In this document: piece after piece, positions 1 through 13,100 of the stretch
Numbering within the stretch: the stretch's first letter is position 1
Layout: every line of letters starts with the position of its first letter
Assembly (NCBI GenBank): GCA_012862495.1
Contig: BLSG01000238.1
Location: 72,470-136,469, forward strand
Source of the DNA: Thraustochytrium aureum
Lineage: Eukaryota
Length of the DNA: 64,000 bases
Direction of reading: 5' to 3'
Notes under the pieces: model-generated
Database searches by the model: none
Told to the model about the DNA's origin: nothing
Seen by the model: only the letters and a program-made list of their open reading frames with translations
Program-made: the position numbers and the translations under genes

Positions 1-1
1 G

Positions 2-1426
2 TCGCTGGAGGATGACGCGGACGACCTGTGCTTGACGGCAACCTCGATGCACGCCTCCATGCGCTCCAGGCGCGAGAACGCTTTGAAGGGGCACCCGAGA
101 GTTGTGCTGCGCGATCCACTTGTGCAAGAAGCCCTCGAGCGATGGGCCGAAGCAGCCATCAGAATTAGCGCGGACGACCACGCGCTAAGCGACGCAGCGT
201 TGCCAGAGGACGCTACACTCTTCAAAGGCTACGCAGCCGCTCACGCTGCGCTCGCTGCTAAACTTCGGCTCGACTCGGAGCAAGCGCTTATTGATGAGGA
301 TTGGGTCCGCGATGCGCCTCAGGGCTACCTGTCAAAAAAGCGACTGAAGGACGGACTTTTTGGCATAGCGTGGCTCTGTGGTGGATCCAAGGAGCCTTCG
401 GTCGTCTCAGCATTCCTGAATGATGCTGCCTCGATGATGCCAAGGCCGCTACTTCGGCAAAAGCGCGTTGCGCGCAAGGTTGAAGGCTCGGAGCTGTTGC
501 AGTCGCAGGCGGAATGGGACAAGTTTGTGCGCGACGAAGCCGCGCGCAATTCGATGATGGCCCAGGTCGCCGCGAGCCAGGAACCGGCTGTGGAGGGCGT
601 ACACTATGCGGGAAACGATGAAGCGGTTGCCTTACCCGACGCAGAGGAGAGCCGTGCATTTCAGCAAAGCGATCTAATTGCGGCACTCCGAAGCGCGCGG
701 AAAGCCGCTGCCTCCACGCAGTCAAAGCTCGAGCCCCAGCAGAGGGCAAAGGCTCGCACGCTGCAGGAGCTGCTCCATGGACCCCAAGCCGCTCGGCCTG
801 CGCGATCTCTGGACCAAATTGCGCATTCATTGGTTATGAGCTCCAAGACGTGGCAAAGCAAGTCTCCTCGCCAAGTTGACCGCGACCTGCGCTGGGCGCC
901 TCAGAACCCTTGGGCCAACCTCGAACAGATCGACAGGGTCTTGGAGAGCGCAGGGGCGCGGACGCTTAACTTTGCCACTGCCCTTCGCGCGATCGAGCTG
1001 GCCAAGCCGCTTCGCCGGCTCAACCAGCGCGACGCCGAGCTGTCAGCAAACGACCCGGATTTGGTTGCAGACATCGTCCAGAACGCTCTGCAAAAGGCTC
1101 GGAGTCTTGGTGGTGGTGCGGGCGCTGATCGAGATCGGACTCGAATGCATCAAGGGGGGCGCAATGGTGTGCCCCACGAATCGCACGAAACAGTGGCCGG
1201 GGTCGGTGCTGCGCGTCCGCAATCCCCAACGCCGCCATCACAGTTTGGCGCCGCCCAGCCACTTTTCGGGCCTGTTAAAGGCAGTTCAGCTCTCCAAGTA
1301 GAGCGGCGGCTCGGCCGCGCCTCAATCCCAGCGCGCTTCAGGCACGAGCAGACAGAGCAATTGACACGGTTGTTCGCCAACGGCGAAATCAGCGCCGATG
1401 ATTTGCGCAGCAGGGCCAGCAACTAG
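2..1426 (+). CDS. Hypothetical protein, 5'-partial; probably the N-terminal part of the downstream tandem-GAF gene
   Basis: The frame is open from the window edge to TAG 1424-1426, right at a gap of about 150 nt. Adding one G to AGGGCC removes the stop, and the downstream frame is already open at the far gap edge. No domain recognised. Confidence 0.55.
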   Translation, partial: SLEDDADDLCLTATSMHASMRSRRENALKGHPRVVLRDPLVQEALERWAEAAIRISADDHALSDAALPEDATLFKGYAAAHAALAAKLRLDSEQALIDEDWVRDAPQGYLSKKRLKDGLFGIAWLCGGSKEPSVVSAFLNDAASMMPRPLLRQKRVARKVEGSELLQSQAEWDKFVRDEAARNSMMAQVAASQEPAVEGVHYAGNDEAVALPDAEESRAFQQSDLIAALRSARKAAASTQSKLEPQQRAKARTLQELLHGPQAARPARSLDQIAHSLVMSSKTWQSKSPRQVDRDLRWAPQNPWANLEQIDRVLESAGARTLNFATALRAIELAKPLRRLNQRDAELSANDPDLVADIVQNALQKARSLGGGAGADRDRTRMHQGGRNGVPHESHETVAGVGAARPQSPTPPSQFGAAQPLFGPVKGSSALQVERRLGRASIPARFRHEQTEQLTRLFANGEISADDLRSRASN

Positions 1427-1581
1427 ANNNNNNNNNNNNNNNNNNNNNNNNNNNNNNNNNNNNNNNNNNNNNNNNNNNNNNNNNNNNNNNNNNNNNNNNN
1501 NNNNNNNNNNNNNNNNNNNNNNNNNNNNNNNNNNNNNNNNNNNNNNNNNNNNNNNNNNNNNNNNNNNNNNNNNNNNNNNTT

Positions 1582-4500
1582 GGTGACGTCCTTGCCGCCT
1601 CGCTGGAGAGGGTTGTCGCAGACTTCTCTGAGGAAGTGGACGTTCTTGAGCGAGCAGCTTTCCGCCACGACAAAGAGCCAGGTATGCAGCGCGAGAGTAG
1701 GGCGGCAGAAAGGGGAATGGCACGCTGGTCTTGCTGCAAGCTCAACGCGGAAACGATCGAACTCGTGCACAGGCCTGCGCGGTATGGCTCTTTGGACGAG
1801 ATTCTGCGTCTTGCCCGCTCAGGAGACCTTTCTGAGGCCGCGACGTTGTCAAGCGCAGCGCTCTTGCAGGATGAGTCTGTGCTCGTTTTGAACGGTGTGG
1901 CGACAGGGCTCGCGCAGCGCGATCCAATCTTGGAGGCGCTTTCAACCACTCGGAATGCGCTCTGCGTTCGTGTAAAAGATTTCCAGACCGGCGAGATTGG
2001 CGTTCTTGTTGCTCGAAACAAGACGTCATTGCCTGCCGACGCCGCACAGGCAGCCGCGCCCGACTCTGCATCCTGGACGACACGCGATTGCGAGATCGCC
2101 TGCAAGTCGGCAAATTCGCTTATGATGATGCACGCCGCAATGTCTCTTGAGGACCGCAGCGCAGACGTGATGGTCCCCAACAAGACCCAAAGTGCAAGCG
2201 CTTCGACCCAAACAGAGGTCTCTTCGGAGACATTGCTTGCCGCAGAATGCCAACAGCGCGCAGCGCTTTTCCCCCGTGGGCTCAACCCCGCGGCAGCGCC
2301 TTCTCTTGCTGCCCTCGTGGTTGACATTCAACAGGCCTGCGCCACTTCCTTCTCGGCACCGCAATGCACCGTTCTGCTGCCAAGAACATTCCCGTTGCCC
2401 TGCACCGAGTCCGATTTTCCCCAGAACGACCGGTCCCCAAGGAGAGGCTCGCAGCGATCGAGGTCGGGCTCTGCCCGCAGCAACAAGAACTTTCGCGTGT
2501 TTTCAAGCGATGGCCAAGAGTTTTTTGTCCACGACTCGGCGGTCACCAACGCCGCTCCTCGCAGTCTCGAAGACTTGATTGGAAGGCACGACGGATCCCA
2601 GGATGCTGTTGTCAATGCAATGAGCCAGAATGGGCTCACATCGTCGTCACTGGCTCGGCGGGCGTCGGCACGCATTGGGAGAGGGGGCACCGCAGGCAGC
2701 TTTATGTTTAAAAGTGGCATTCGCTTCTCGATGTCTGAAGGCTACGGCTCGGACGACCACATCGATGACTCCGCAGTGCTCTCCGCGGAGCTCGAGGCGG
2801 ACGGGTGGTCTCTCTTAGCCGTCCCTGGCCCAAACGAAGGCCTGCGGAGCAACACTACTCCGAATCTCGACTCTTGGAGCCTGCACGGGAACAGCGCCGT
2901 GGTTCGCTGCATGAACGAGCGCCGCCCGGTCGTGGCCTCGAATGGACTCACTACCGAGCTGTGCATTCCGTTGTTTCGAAGCGAGCTGCCCATGGCCACG
3001 TCGCTGGACGCCGTTCACAAAATCGACGGCGCTCTCAATGGCGAGACTGCCGGCCAACTCCGTCACTCGGACAGCCTCGACGCAGAAATGATAGGGTCCA
3101 AAAGTGGCATCGACACGGATGTGAGCTCGGACAGCGATGAAGCATCGTCCGTAGAGTGCGTTGAAAGTACAACCGAATTCAACGCAGCACCTCGCGCGCA
3201 ACCCTCGGGAGCGAATTGCCGCGCCGCCGGCGCACAGGCTACCAGTGCAAGCAAGTTCCGCAGCAGCAGGCGAATGAGTCGCAGCGATTCGCAGTTCTCT
3301 TTGCTCGTTCGCACCAACACCGAGTCGGCACTCACAACGCTCGGCGATTGCGAGTCTTCGCGCCTCTTGGTCGGGATCGTGCGCCTTGAGCGCAGCAACG
3401 GGCGAAATCAGGCGCAATTTGGCCTTGAGGACGAGCTCCTGGCCAAGTACACCTCCCCCATCATCGCCAAAGCGCTTCTGCAATACCTGGACAACGCCCA
3501 CGCCAAGCGCCAAATGGAGCTGAGCGCCAAGCGCGAGAAGGAGCGTTTGCGCTTGTCTACACGCCGCTGTCTTCTCGAGGCCCGCCTAGCCGAGGGCATC
3601 TGCTCGCTTCTGGCAGCCGACACGTGCGCATCTTTAGTGCGTGTCGTCTCGGAGCAAGCGCGCAGTGTGCTGTGGTCCTCTAGCCTCGTCCCATCGGTTT
3701 CCTCGAGCATTCCGGACGCTGCAGAGCTACTCCGGGAACAATCGAGCGGCGCGAGCTTGCAAGGGCTGGCTGGGGCGCTGAGCGAGCAGCTTCCGAGCTC
3801 TACGTGGGAGGATGCTGGGAGCCCCGCCGGCGCGCTTCCACCCGCGGTCGCCGAGCCGAGCGGCCGCGAGCCCCGGGAGGCGTTTGCAGCGCTCTTCGAG
3901 AACGCAGACGGAGCGCACGAGGCTCGCGTCAATCTTCTGGGCCTCCCGTTTCAAGCGCATATTGTCATTCTCGGCCGGCGATGGGCCTGGACGTGCGCAA
4001 GCACTGATGGCGAGTCGACCAAGGCGTTCCAACACAGCCGACACTCCCGGCAACGACGCGCAACAGCTACGGGATCAACCAAGCTATCTTACCGTCGCCA
4101 ACTTGCCCCGACGGCTTCGTTGAANNNNNNNNNNNNNNNNNNNNNNNNNNNNNNNNNNNNNNNNNNNNNNNNNNNNNNNNNNNNNNNNNNNNNNNNNNNN
4201 NNNNNNNNNNNNNNNNNNNNNNNNNNNNNNNNNNNNNNNNNNNNNNNNNNNNNNNNNNNNNNNNNNNNNNNNNNNNNNNNNNNNNNNNNNNNNNNNNNNN
4301 NNNNNNNNNNNNNNNNNNNNNNNNNNNNNNNNNNNNNNNNNNNNNNNNNNNNNNNNNNNNNNNNNNNNNNNNNNNNNNNNNNNNNNNNNNNNGCGCAGAC
4401 GATCCCGGGCAAAGTGCGGCCACGAGTGAGCCAACATCGCCATTTCGCGTGCTCGAGCTCGCAGTCCCACTGTTTTGCGGAGCTACGGGAGGCTTCCAGG

Positions 4501-7105
4501 GAGCTTTTGTGCTGCGACAGTGCGTTCCGACCGACTATGGCGGAGAGGGGGCGGTCTCGCAAGCCCATGGGGCAGCAGCACTGCAAGAATACGACCGATC
4601 TGGTGTTTGCGAGCTCGATTGGCTCGGGTCGTTTGCTCCGGCGCTCTCTTGTGCAGTTGAGCAAGTGATTCAGCTCGAAGAAGACCGTAACAAGGTTCAG
4701 GCGGCAGAGCGTCGGCGCGTTGGGCTTTTGCGCGACTCTGTGATCAGCACGGCTTGCGCGATGCGCGACTACCTGCATGCCGTTTCTCTGCACGACCGCG
4801 GCCGGCTGCTGCGGGTGCAGCTAGAGTCTGTAAGTTTCCTCGTCTGAGGTGGGCCAAACGATCGCCTGTTTGCCGGCCCATTGCTGACCCTCGTCAACTG
4901 TTCGCTTGTTGTTTTTCGCTTGCCAAGACCACGCGGTTCGCCGAGGGTCCCGGGACCGGACGGATACCGCTTGGGCTTATCACAACCGCAGACCTGAAAA
5001 GCCTCACCGGCAACATGTGGTACCCTGGCAAACCCGTTCTGCAACGTGAGCTGCCTGCGCCGGAGACCAAAACGCCCAAGGTTGTCAAGAAACGCGGATC
5101 AGGCGCGAAGCTGGCCGTCTCAAATAGACTCGAGCGGTCCCAAGTCGCGGAGCGGCTCACTCTGCTTCACCAGCGCGTGGGGCAGCGGGGTCGGCGGGCT
5201 TCTTTGGCTGATAGACACCAGTCGCTAAGTGAGGCTGGCGAGGCTAGCAGTGCGGCCCGCAAGTCGGTCGTGGACATGCTTGGCTCCCAGGCCAAGCGCC
5301 ATGTCGCAATCCAATTCGTCCCTGTGGATGCCTCTGGCGAAAGCGAGGCAGTTCCGCCCGACGACCCGATCATCCAAGAGGACCTCAGGCATGGCCGCGG
5401 TGCCGTTCCAATTGCGGGAGCAATCTTGGAGCAAGGCCGCCTACTCCTTGGTGCGAGCAGCGTTTCCGTACATCTCGTGCAGCGCTCCCTGCAGACCCCT
5501 GTCTCTGATAGCGCGCCCGATGCGCACTCAGAGGATGGCCAGGCCATCCACGGCGCGCGATACGCCTCTGGAGACGAGAGTGAACAAACATCAGAAGACG
5601 ACGAGACGTCTGTAAAGTTTGGTCCCGTCGACGAAGCTGAAGCCGCCCATCCCATGCCCAAGTCGCCAAGTACCAGGACAAGAGACACGACAGGCAGCGC
5701 CGGTCCCCCGTCAACTGGGCCTGGAAGCGCTATCAAATTTGTATTGGCATACTCTTCGGAGACCGCCGCGTCCGAGGTGTGGTTTTCTCGAAGCGAGCCA
5801 CCTTCTGAAGCCCTAACTATCGCATCGACGAAACCGAGCGCGATCCTGACGCGGAAGCCTAACGAGGTCCTCTCGTCAGCAAAGGTTATCAATCTTGCTG
5901 CAGCAGAGCGCGCTTTCGCAACTCGCCAGGAGATTCAAGTGGCGTGGACCGAGCGGAGAAGCGAGTGGGGACCTGACCTTGACGGCGACGCACCAGATAC
6001 GAATTGGCGGAAAGGCAGCGTTCAAGCGAGGCATGGCACTGGCGCTGGGAGCAGCCGCACGTCTCCGAGAAGACGGTCCATTCTCAAGCAAGCCAATGTG
6101 CTTGTCCTTCCCCTCCTCGCGCCGGGCGACAGCGAACCACTTGGTGTCGTTCAGTTTGTCGTTGAAGGCAACAAGACCTGGGGCCCCGCAGCCGTCGCCG
6201 CAGCATCTGGCTACGTCGCATGGGCCGCGCGCGACGTCGCACAGTGGCTCGAGTATCGCGCTGCTTCCCGGCGCCTTTACCATCTCAACTTGTTTAACTT
6301 TGCAGGGGTTGTGCTCGCAGGGATTCACAACGCGGCAAGGCTCGAGAGCGAGGCGGTCTTTGCTGTAGTGGGCAAGCTCGCTTCGTTGGCCAGACGAGCA
6401 GTCCGGTGCCAGCGTGTCGTCGAAATGTATCGGATGAGAGACTTCTCCGACGGATCCGAAATCCTCGTCGAACGAGCTGGAGCTGTGCAGCTCCGTGGCG
6501 AAAGCAGACCCGAGGATGCAAGGGCGGTGCTGGAAAGCGGCAAGTTCTTCGTACTCCGGCCCTCCCTGGCAAAAGACAAGTACCAACTTGCTTCTCGCGT
6601 CTTTGCCGCTGGCACCAACGACGTCGCCTTCTCGAGTGGGCAGGCCGGGAACGAGGGCTACGACGCGCATTTTGCGCCGTTCGAGACGAGATCGATTTGT
6701 GTGGTCCCAATTCTAGCACACAAGCCAGCGTCGCCTATCGCATCGTCAAGAGGCACTGAATGCAGCGACGCGGAGTCGCATGACGAATCCGACGACTTCA
6801 GCGGCGCGGACTCGCATGACGAATCCGACGATTGCAGCGACGCGGATTTGGACAGCTCGGAGGGCGCCTCAGCTGCGGTGCACAGCGCCGCCGTGGTCTT
6901 TATGCTCCTCAATCGACAGGCCGACCCGCCGATTTTCGAGCACAACGTCGATATCCGCGCCCCAAGTGGTCCTGGGGACGCGACCGTCCCCCAAGGCTCC
7001 TCAGACGACTCAGAGGTCTTCGAGTTTTCGCAAGAAGACCTCGAGGCCCTGGAAAGCTTTGCTACTGTTGCGTCGTACGTGGTGCAGACCATCCAAGGCC
7101 CATGA
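1582..7105 (+). CDS. Large protein with about 4 tandem GAF-like domains; spans a gap and one intron (4830-4927)
   Basis: GAF-like motifs: ELCIPLF...LVGIVRLER...FGLEDELLAK; LAVPLFCG..GGFQGAFVL...ELDWLGSFA; VLVLPLL..EPLGVVQFV; and the PDE-like ETRSICVVPI...VFMLLNRQ...FSQEDLEALESFA. The reading frames of ORFs 4449-4847 and 4754-7105 join in phase via the GT-AG intron. Confidence 0.7.
4830..4927 (+). other. Spliceosomal GT-AG intron (98 nt, phase 0)
   Basis: Donor GTAAGT at 4830, branch-like GCTGAC, pyrimidine tract and CCAAG acceptor ending at 4927. Removal joins ...QLES to TTRFAEG... in frame and skips the TGA at 4845. Confidence 0.85.
6762..6849 (+). repeat. In-frame 36-nt tandem duplication encoding acidic SD/GAxSHDESDD repeats
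   Basis: TCGCATGACGAATCCGACGA occurs twice, 36 nt apart; protein reads SDAESHDESDDFSGADSHDESDDCSDAD. Confidence 0.8.
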
Positions 7106-7181
7106 AGAAAAAAAAATCGATATAGTACTCGTGCGTCGCAGCAGCCGCTCTCCCCAGGTCGGCCGCTTGCTCTGCTTCTGG

Positions 7182-10100
7182 CTAGATCTTTGGCCCGCCC
7201 TTCAGTGTGCTGAAGGCAGATTGTAATGCGTTGCGCTCCAGAGCCTCTGCAAGTTGCTCAAGCGCAAAGCTGAAGTAGAGCCCTCGAGCAACGCGACTAA
7301 GGCCCTCCTCAGCAGGGACCCGCCCGTCCTCTTCCTCTCTCCCGAGTTGCCTGACCGGCATCGCTCCCCGTCGGGGGTCAACGCCTGGGCTCTGCTCAGC
7401 GCCTGTCTCGTGTGTTGTGCCAGGGCCCTCAACAACTTGCTCTGCTTTTCTTGGCTTCACACTGGCCCCGTTCTCGGGCCACGGAGAACTCTCAGATAGG
7501 ACCGAGTAGTCTGCTCGTGCCGTCTCATTGTCTTCGTCTGGCGCTTCCGAGGAGGAAGAATACGACAAGGAGCACCTCGAGGAGAGTGGCCCATACCGCA
7601 GGCACTCTAGCGTCTCGCTCATGTCGGACACGAGCGACTCAAGTCCAGTCGGCAACGCAGTGCTGCGATCCCCGTCTGGTTCACGGCCTCCACCAGACTG
7701 CCGTGTCCCTCGTGACCATGAAGCCGTTTGAATGTCGAAAAATGCCCCCGACCTGGCCTTCTCAAGCAAGGCAGAAAGACGCTCCACGTGTCGTGTCTCT
7801 TCTGCGAGCGAGCGAAGCGCATCGGCATGCATCAGCGCATCCCTCTCGGCAACGCGGCGCCAGGTCGCGGCTTCCTCGGACAAGGCCGCCTCGCGGCGCG
7901 ACCACTCCTCACGAGCAGCATCTAGTTGGCCTCGCGCTGAGCATTGCCCCGACTCGAGCTCGGCCAGGCGAGCCCTGGCGTCGTCGAGCGATAGCTCCAG
8001 CGATCGCGTGCGAAGGTCGCGCGCGGCTCCCGCCGCTGCAAGGTCGGAGCTGTGCCGTACTGCATCGAGCTGCGCAGTCGAAGCCTCCAGCATAGCCCGC
8101 GTCGTTTCCAGCTCCGAAATCGTGTCGTTCAAAAGGTCGAAACTTGAACCAGGGTCTGGGCTCGCAGACGACTCATGGAGCAGAAGACGGTCGTACTCGA
8201 GAGTCACAGATTCAGCAGTAGGTTGCGGCGAGTCGAAGTCTTCTGTGGCCATGGAAAGCGACTCAGAGAGGCGCGACACTTCTGCTCGAGCCTCGTCCAG
8301 AGCTGCTCGCAACCTCTCCGATTTGCTGCCTTCGTGGACCCTGGCGTGCTGGAGCGCGTCTAGCTGCTCAGATTTGCTGCGAAGAGTGTCGCGCGCTTCG
8401 TGCAGCAGCGCCTCGAGCTCCTCGACTCGTCTTCGAAGCAGCCCTGCCTCCTCAGCTGACGCTCGGCCCGTTTCTTCGGTACGTTCCTCAACAAGACGCA
8501 TGAAGGCAAGCAATTCCTCTTTGTGCTTGCGTCGCGCCTCAGAGGCAGCCTCGTTATTGCTGTTGGTGCTGGCGCTGTCTGGATCAAAGGTTGCTGAATC
8601 CGTTTGCGTGATGGCATTCATGAGGCAAGGCGTTCGGGAATTCATCCCTGGCCAGCCCGCGCCGGTTTTGCCTTGAGCCTCGCCATCCGGCGGCGATACT
8701 TGCACGCCGACAGAGACGGCTAATGGCCGAGCTTCGACGAGGAGCGCTGAGGCAGCTTCGTCAACAAGGGAGTCGATCTGCCTCTCCAACGCATCGGCTT
8801 GGGAAACAGGTGCAAGGAGGTATGCGCGGTCTTGGCGCCCAGGCCCCGCCTCGTCCTCCCGACCGCCCTCCAACTTGAGCTCCAACGCTTGCAACTGACT
8901 GGCGTAGTGTTCCTCAGATGCAACAAGCTGCTCCTGCAAGCCTGCACGCTCGGCTTTCGCAGCTTCAATAGCAAACTCAAGTTGAGCTGCCTCCGCGGTT
9001 GCAACTGCCAGTGCCGCGCGGACTTCAGCCGCCTGCTCCATCAACCTGGTGTTCGCTGACTTCAAAGCTTCACACTCGTCCCTTGCCGCGGCAACGCGCG
9101 CTCTGCCTTTGTCGCCGTGGAGGCGAGCTCGCAGCATCGCTCAACTTCGTGCTGGTGGTCGGCGCGTGAGTTACGCAGGGCTAAACGCAGCTTCTCCAGG
9201 TCGTGCCCTTGGCGCTCGGCAGATTCTTGCACAAAACGAAGCTCCGCTTCGAGAGCCGCGACACGATGATCGGCAACGGTTCGAGCAGCAGCGATCGCGG
9301 CCTTGTCTTCCAAGACCATGCTCACCTGTTCCCGCAGTTGAGCCACATCCCACTTCTCAGAGCCAAGTCTGGCGTTGGCGTGCTGCTTTGCCCTCTCTGC
9401 AGCTTCCGCCCGGCGCTGTTCGGAAGTCAGCTGTTCTTGCGAGGTTTCTAGAGCGCGCTGAAGCGCCTCAGCCGTGCTCTTGCGCTCCGCGAGCAAGTCC
9501 TGCAACTGATCGATCTTCAACTGCATTTGATGACGGTCCGCGAGCCACTCTGCGCGTGCGGCATCGGCAAGCCCGGCGGCTTGGCTGGCCTGGCGTGCTT
9601 GCTCTCGCACTGCGCGTTCCACGTGTTGAAGCATCTCGATTTGCTCGGCTCGTACCTCTTNNNNNNNNNNNNNNNNNNNNNNNNNNNNNNNNNNNNNNNN
9701 NNNNNNNNNNNNNNNNNNNNNNNNNNNNNNNNNNNNNNNNNNNNNNNNNNNNNNNNNNNNNNNNNNNNNNNNNNNNNNNNNNNNNNNNNNNNNNNNNNNN
9801 NNNNNNNNNNNNNNNNNNNNNNNNNNNNNNNNNNNNNNNNNNNNNNNNNNNNNNNNNNNNNNNNNNNNNNNNNNNNNNNNNNNNNNNNNNCCTCGGTCGA
9901 CCACCGCGAGCATGCATGTGCCGCCTCTGCCACTTGAGGGAGCGCAGAGAGCACGCGCGCTGCCTTGAGCTCTGCCGCAGCTGTCTGCGCACGGGACGCT
10001 TCAAGGGAGGTCGCAGCAGCAGCCTCGCGGGCGACCTGCTCCTGACGCGCGTGCGCCAGCTGCCCGTGCAGCTCCGCAACAGCGGCATCCCCGTCTTCTT

Positions 10101-13100
10101 TGGCCCGCGCAAAGCTTGCCTCAAGCTCTTCGATTCGCTCCTTCGAGGCGGTCAAACTGCTTGCGACGCTCGCGCTTTGTGCTTGCAGCTCCTCCAAGCG
10201 CTGCACCGCGTCATACTCTGATGCTTTGGCGCACTCGAGCTCGCTCCTAAGCTCCTGACAAGCGTCGTCAGCGAGTTTGGCGCGAGCTTCAGCATTCTCG
10301 CAACGAGAGTTCAGGTCTTGCTCGATTGCGAGGGCCTCAGCACGACCAAACTGAACCGCGGCCTGGGTCGCATTGATCTCGTCCGAGGCCACATCGAGCC
10401 TGGCGAGGAGAGAATCGCGTTCGTTGGTGACATCAAGCAATTGCACCCTGGAGCGCTCACCTGCAACGCACTCTGCTTTCAGCTTTTCCTGCACCCGGTC
10501 CAGCTCGATCTTGAGCTTGCTCAGCGCATTCTGGAGCTGGTCTCGATCTGCAGTGGCACTTTCGAAGGCTGCTTTCAGGTCTGAACGCTCTCGCTCCTCT
10601 TGCTTCCGACGTGCTTGAGTCTCAGTTTCCACGTCCGCGCTGGAGCTCTTGCGCGGCGACACGCAGCGAGTCAATCTCTGATTTCAGAGACTCGACTTTG
10701 GCCTCTGCTTTCACCGCACGCTCAGCAGCTTGTCTAGCCTCGTTAGCGAACATTGCGGCTTTCGCGTTTGCGGACTCGAGTTGATGAAGGGCAAAGTTCC
10801 GCTCTTCTTGTATTGCAGCTTGCGCTTGCTCAGCGCCGATCTGCGCAATCCTGGCCCTCTCCGCCGCTTCGCACCTCGAGCGGTCCTCGGCAGCCCTCTC
10901 TTGTTCAAGTTTGGCGGAGACCCGAGAAAGATCCATCAGTGCTCGGTCACGCTCCTCTGCCAGGCCTGCAAGCTGCTTCGCAAAGTCATCGCACTTGCCC
11001 GTCGAACGGTCGAGACTCTGTTGCGCCGCTTCCAAAGCTTTCGCTTGTTTTGCGGAATCAGCCGCTGCCGTGGCGGCCAAGCGGCGGAGATCGGCCAGTT
11101 CGCTCCGGAGCTCCGCAATCTCGCGGTCACGAGCCTCGACCTCCTGCAAGGCGAGCTTGAGCTCGCCGCGCGCAGACTCTGCCTCTTGCTGTGCAGTTCG
11201 CATAACCAGGGCGGTGTTTGAGACCTTGCTGTGCGCCTCCGCTAGTTCCGCATGAAAGCGATTTTCGAGCTCGACATGCTCTTGGCTCTTTCTTTCCAAC
11301 TTGGCGACGAGCTGGGCTTGTCGGGCCGCGGCGTCTTGCAGTGCCTCGTCAAGCTGAACACTGGCGTCTTTCACGGCGCGCAGAGCTGCACGCTCTGCTG
11401 CTCTCGCTGACTCGGCGACCTGCTCCGCCTCCGCGGCGGACTTTGCTTTCGCCTCAAGCTTGCCCTGTAGAGTCCTCACCGCATCGGTTTCGGCGGCGAG
11501 CAGCCTCGCTAGCTCGCCAATGCGCTCTTCAGCCTGCGCCTTGTCAGAGTTGAGGCGCGACGCAGCCTTTTCGCTTGTCGCTCTAGAACCTTCGAGAGCC
11601 AGAACGGCGTCCGCTCGAGCTTTCTGGGCTTCTTGTAGGGTGGNNNNNNNNNNNNNNNNNNNNNNNNNNNNNNNNNNNNNNNNNNNNNNNNNNNNNNNNN
11701 NNNNNNNNNNNNNNNNNNNNNNNNNNNNNNNNNNNNNNNNNNNNNNNNNNNNNNNNNNNNNNNNNNNNNNNNNNNNNNNNNNNNNNNNNNNNNNNNNNNN
11801 NNNNNNNNNNNNNNNNNNNNNNNNNNNNNNNNNNNNNNNNNNNNNNNNNNNNNNNNNNNNNNNNNNNNNNNNNNNNNNNNNNNNNNNNNNNNNNNNNNNN
11901 NNNNNNNNNNNNNNNNNNNNNNNNNNNNNNNNNNNNNNNNNNNNNNNNNNNNNNNNNNNNNNNNNNNNNNNNNNNNNNNNNNNNNNNNNNNNNNNNNNNN
12001 NNNNNNNNNNNNNNNNNNNNNNNNNNNNNNNNNNNNNNNNNNNNNNNNNNNNNNNNNNNNNNNNNNNNNNNNNNNNNNNNNNNNNNNNNNNNNNNNNNNN
12101 NNNNNNNNNNNNNNNNNNNNNNNNNNNNNNNNNNNNNNNNNNNNNNNNNNNNNNNNNNNNNNNNNNNNNNNNNNNNNNNNNNNNNNNNNNNNNNNNNNNN
12201 NNNNNNNNNNNNNNNNNNNNNNNNNNNNNNNNNNNNNNNNNNNNNNNNNNNNNNNNNNNNNNNNNNNNNNNGTCCCGCACGAGCGACTCCAGCTGGCTGC
12301 GGAGTTCGTCACGCTCAAGCTGGACGCTTGCGGCAGCCCTTCGCTCGTCGTCGAGCGCAAGAGCTTGCTCGCGAAGAGACGCTTCCAACTCTCGAGAGCG
12401 CAGCTCGGCTGATTCACACGCATCTTCGAGCTCTGCAAGCTGGCGCTGCGTGTTGTCGTCACGTATTCTGAGAACAGCGAGATCCTCTTCGTACTCCTTT
12501 TCGACCTTGGCCAGGACCGTGCGAAACTTGCCATTCGCGTCGGCTAGGGCTTCGGCCCTGACACTCTCTAGAACTAGCCGCAACCGGTCGAGTTCGCTTT
12601 CTAGCTCGGACTTTACCTGCACGCTGTCGAGGCGCTCGTTCTGCTGGCTCGAGGCGTCTTCGCCGAGCATGCCAGCTCGCTCCGCGGCGAGCGCTCCGGA
12701 GCGCGCGTGCTTGAACGCCGCCAGCCTCGTCCAATTGTACAGCACAACCGCGCGGCGAAGGCGATCACCATCAACGAGACCCTGCTCAGCCAGGCGCTTG
12801 CCAAGCTGCTCGGCCCACGCCGAAGCGCCGGCGAGCTTCTCCTCGTAGTCTGTGCGCAAGTCATCTAGCTGAGCACTTTGCATTCGATGCAGGTCTTCAA
12901 GGCGAGCGCGCATCTCCGCGTCTGCCTCTTTGCGGCCAAACTTGGAACTCAGTTCGAGCTCCGCCTCGAGGATTGCAAGCCGGCTTCGTAAATCGTCACG
13001 CTCTCGAGCAGTCGTCTCAGCAGCGGCCAACCCCATCATGGCATGCGCAAGCCGCTCTTCGAGGCCGGCCACCACGGCGGTGTGACCAGCCGTCACGCGC

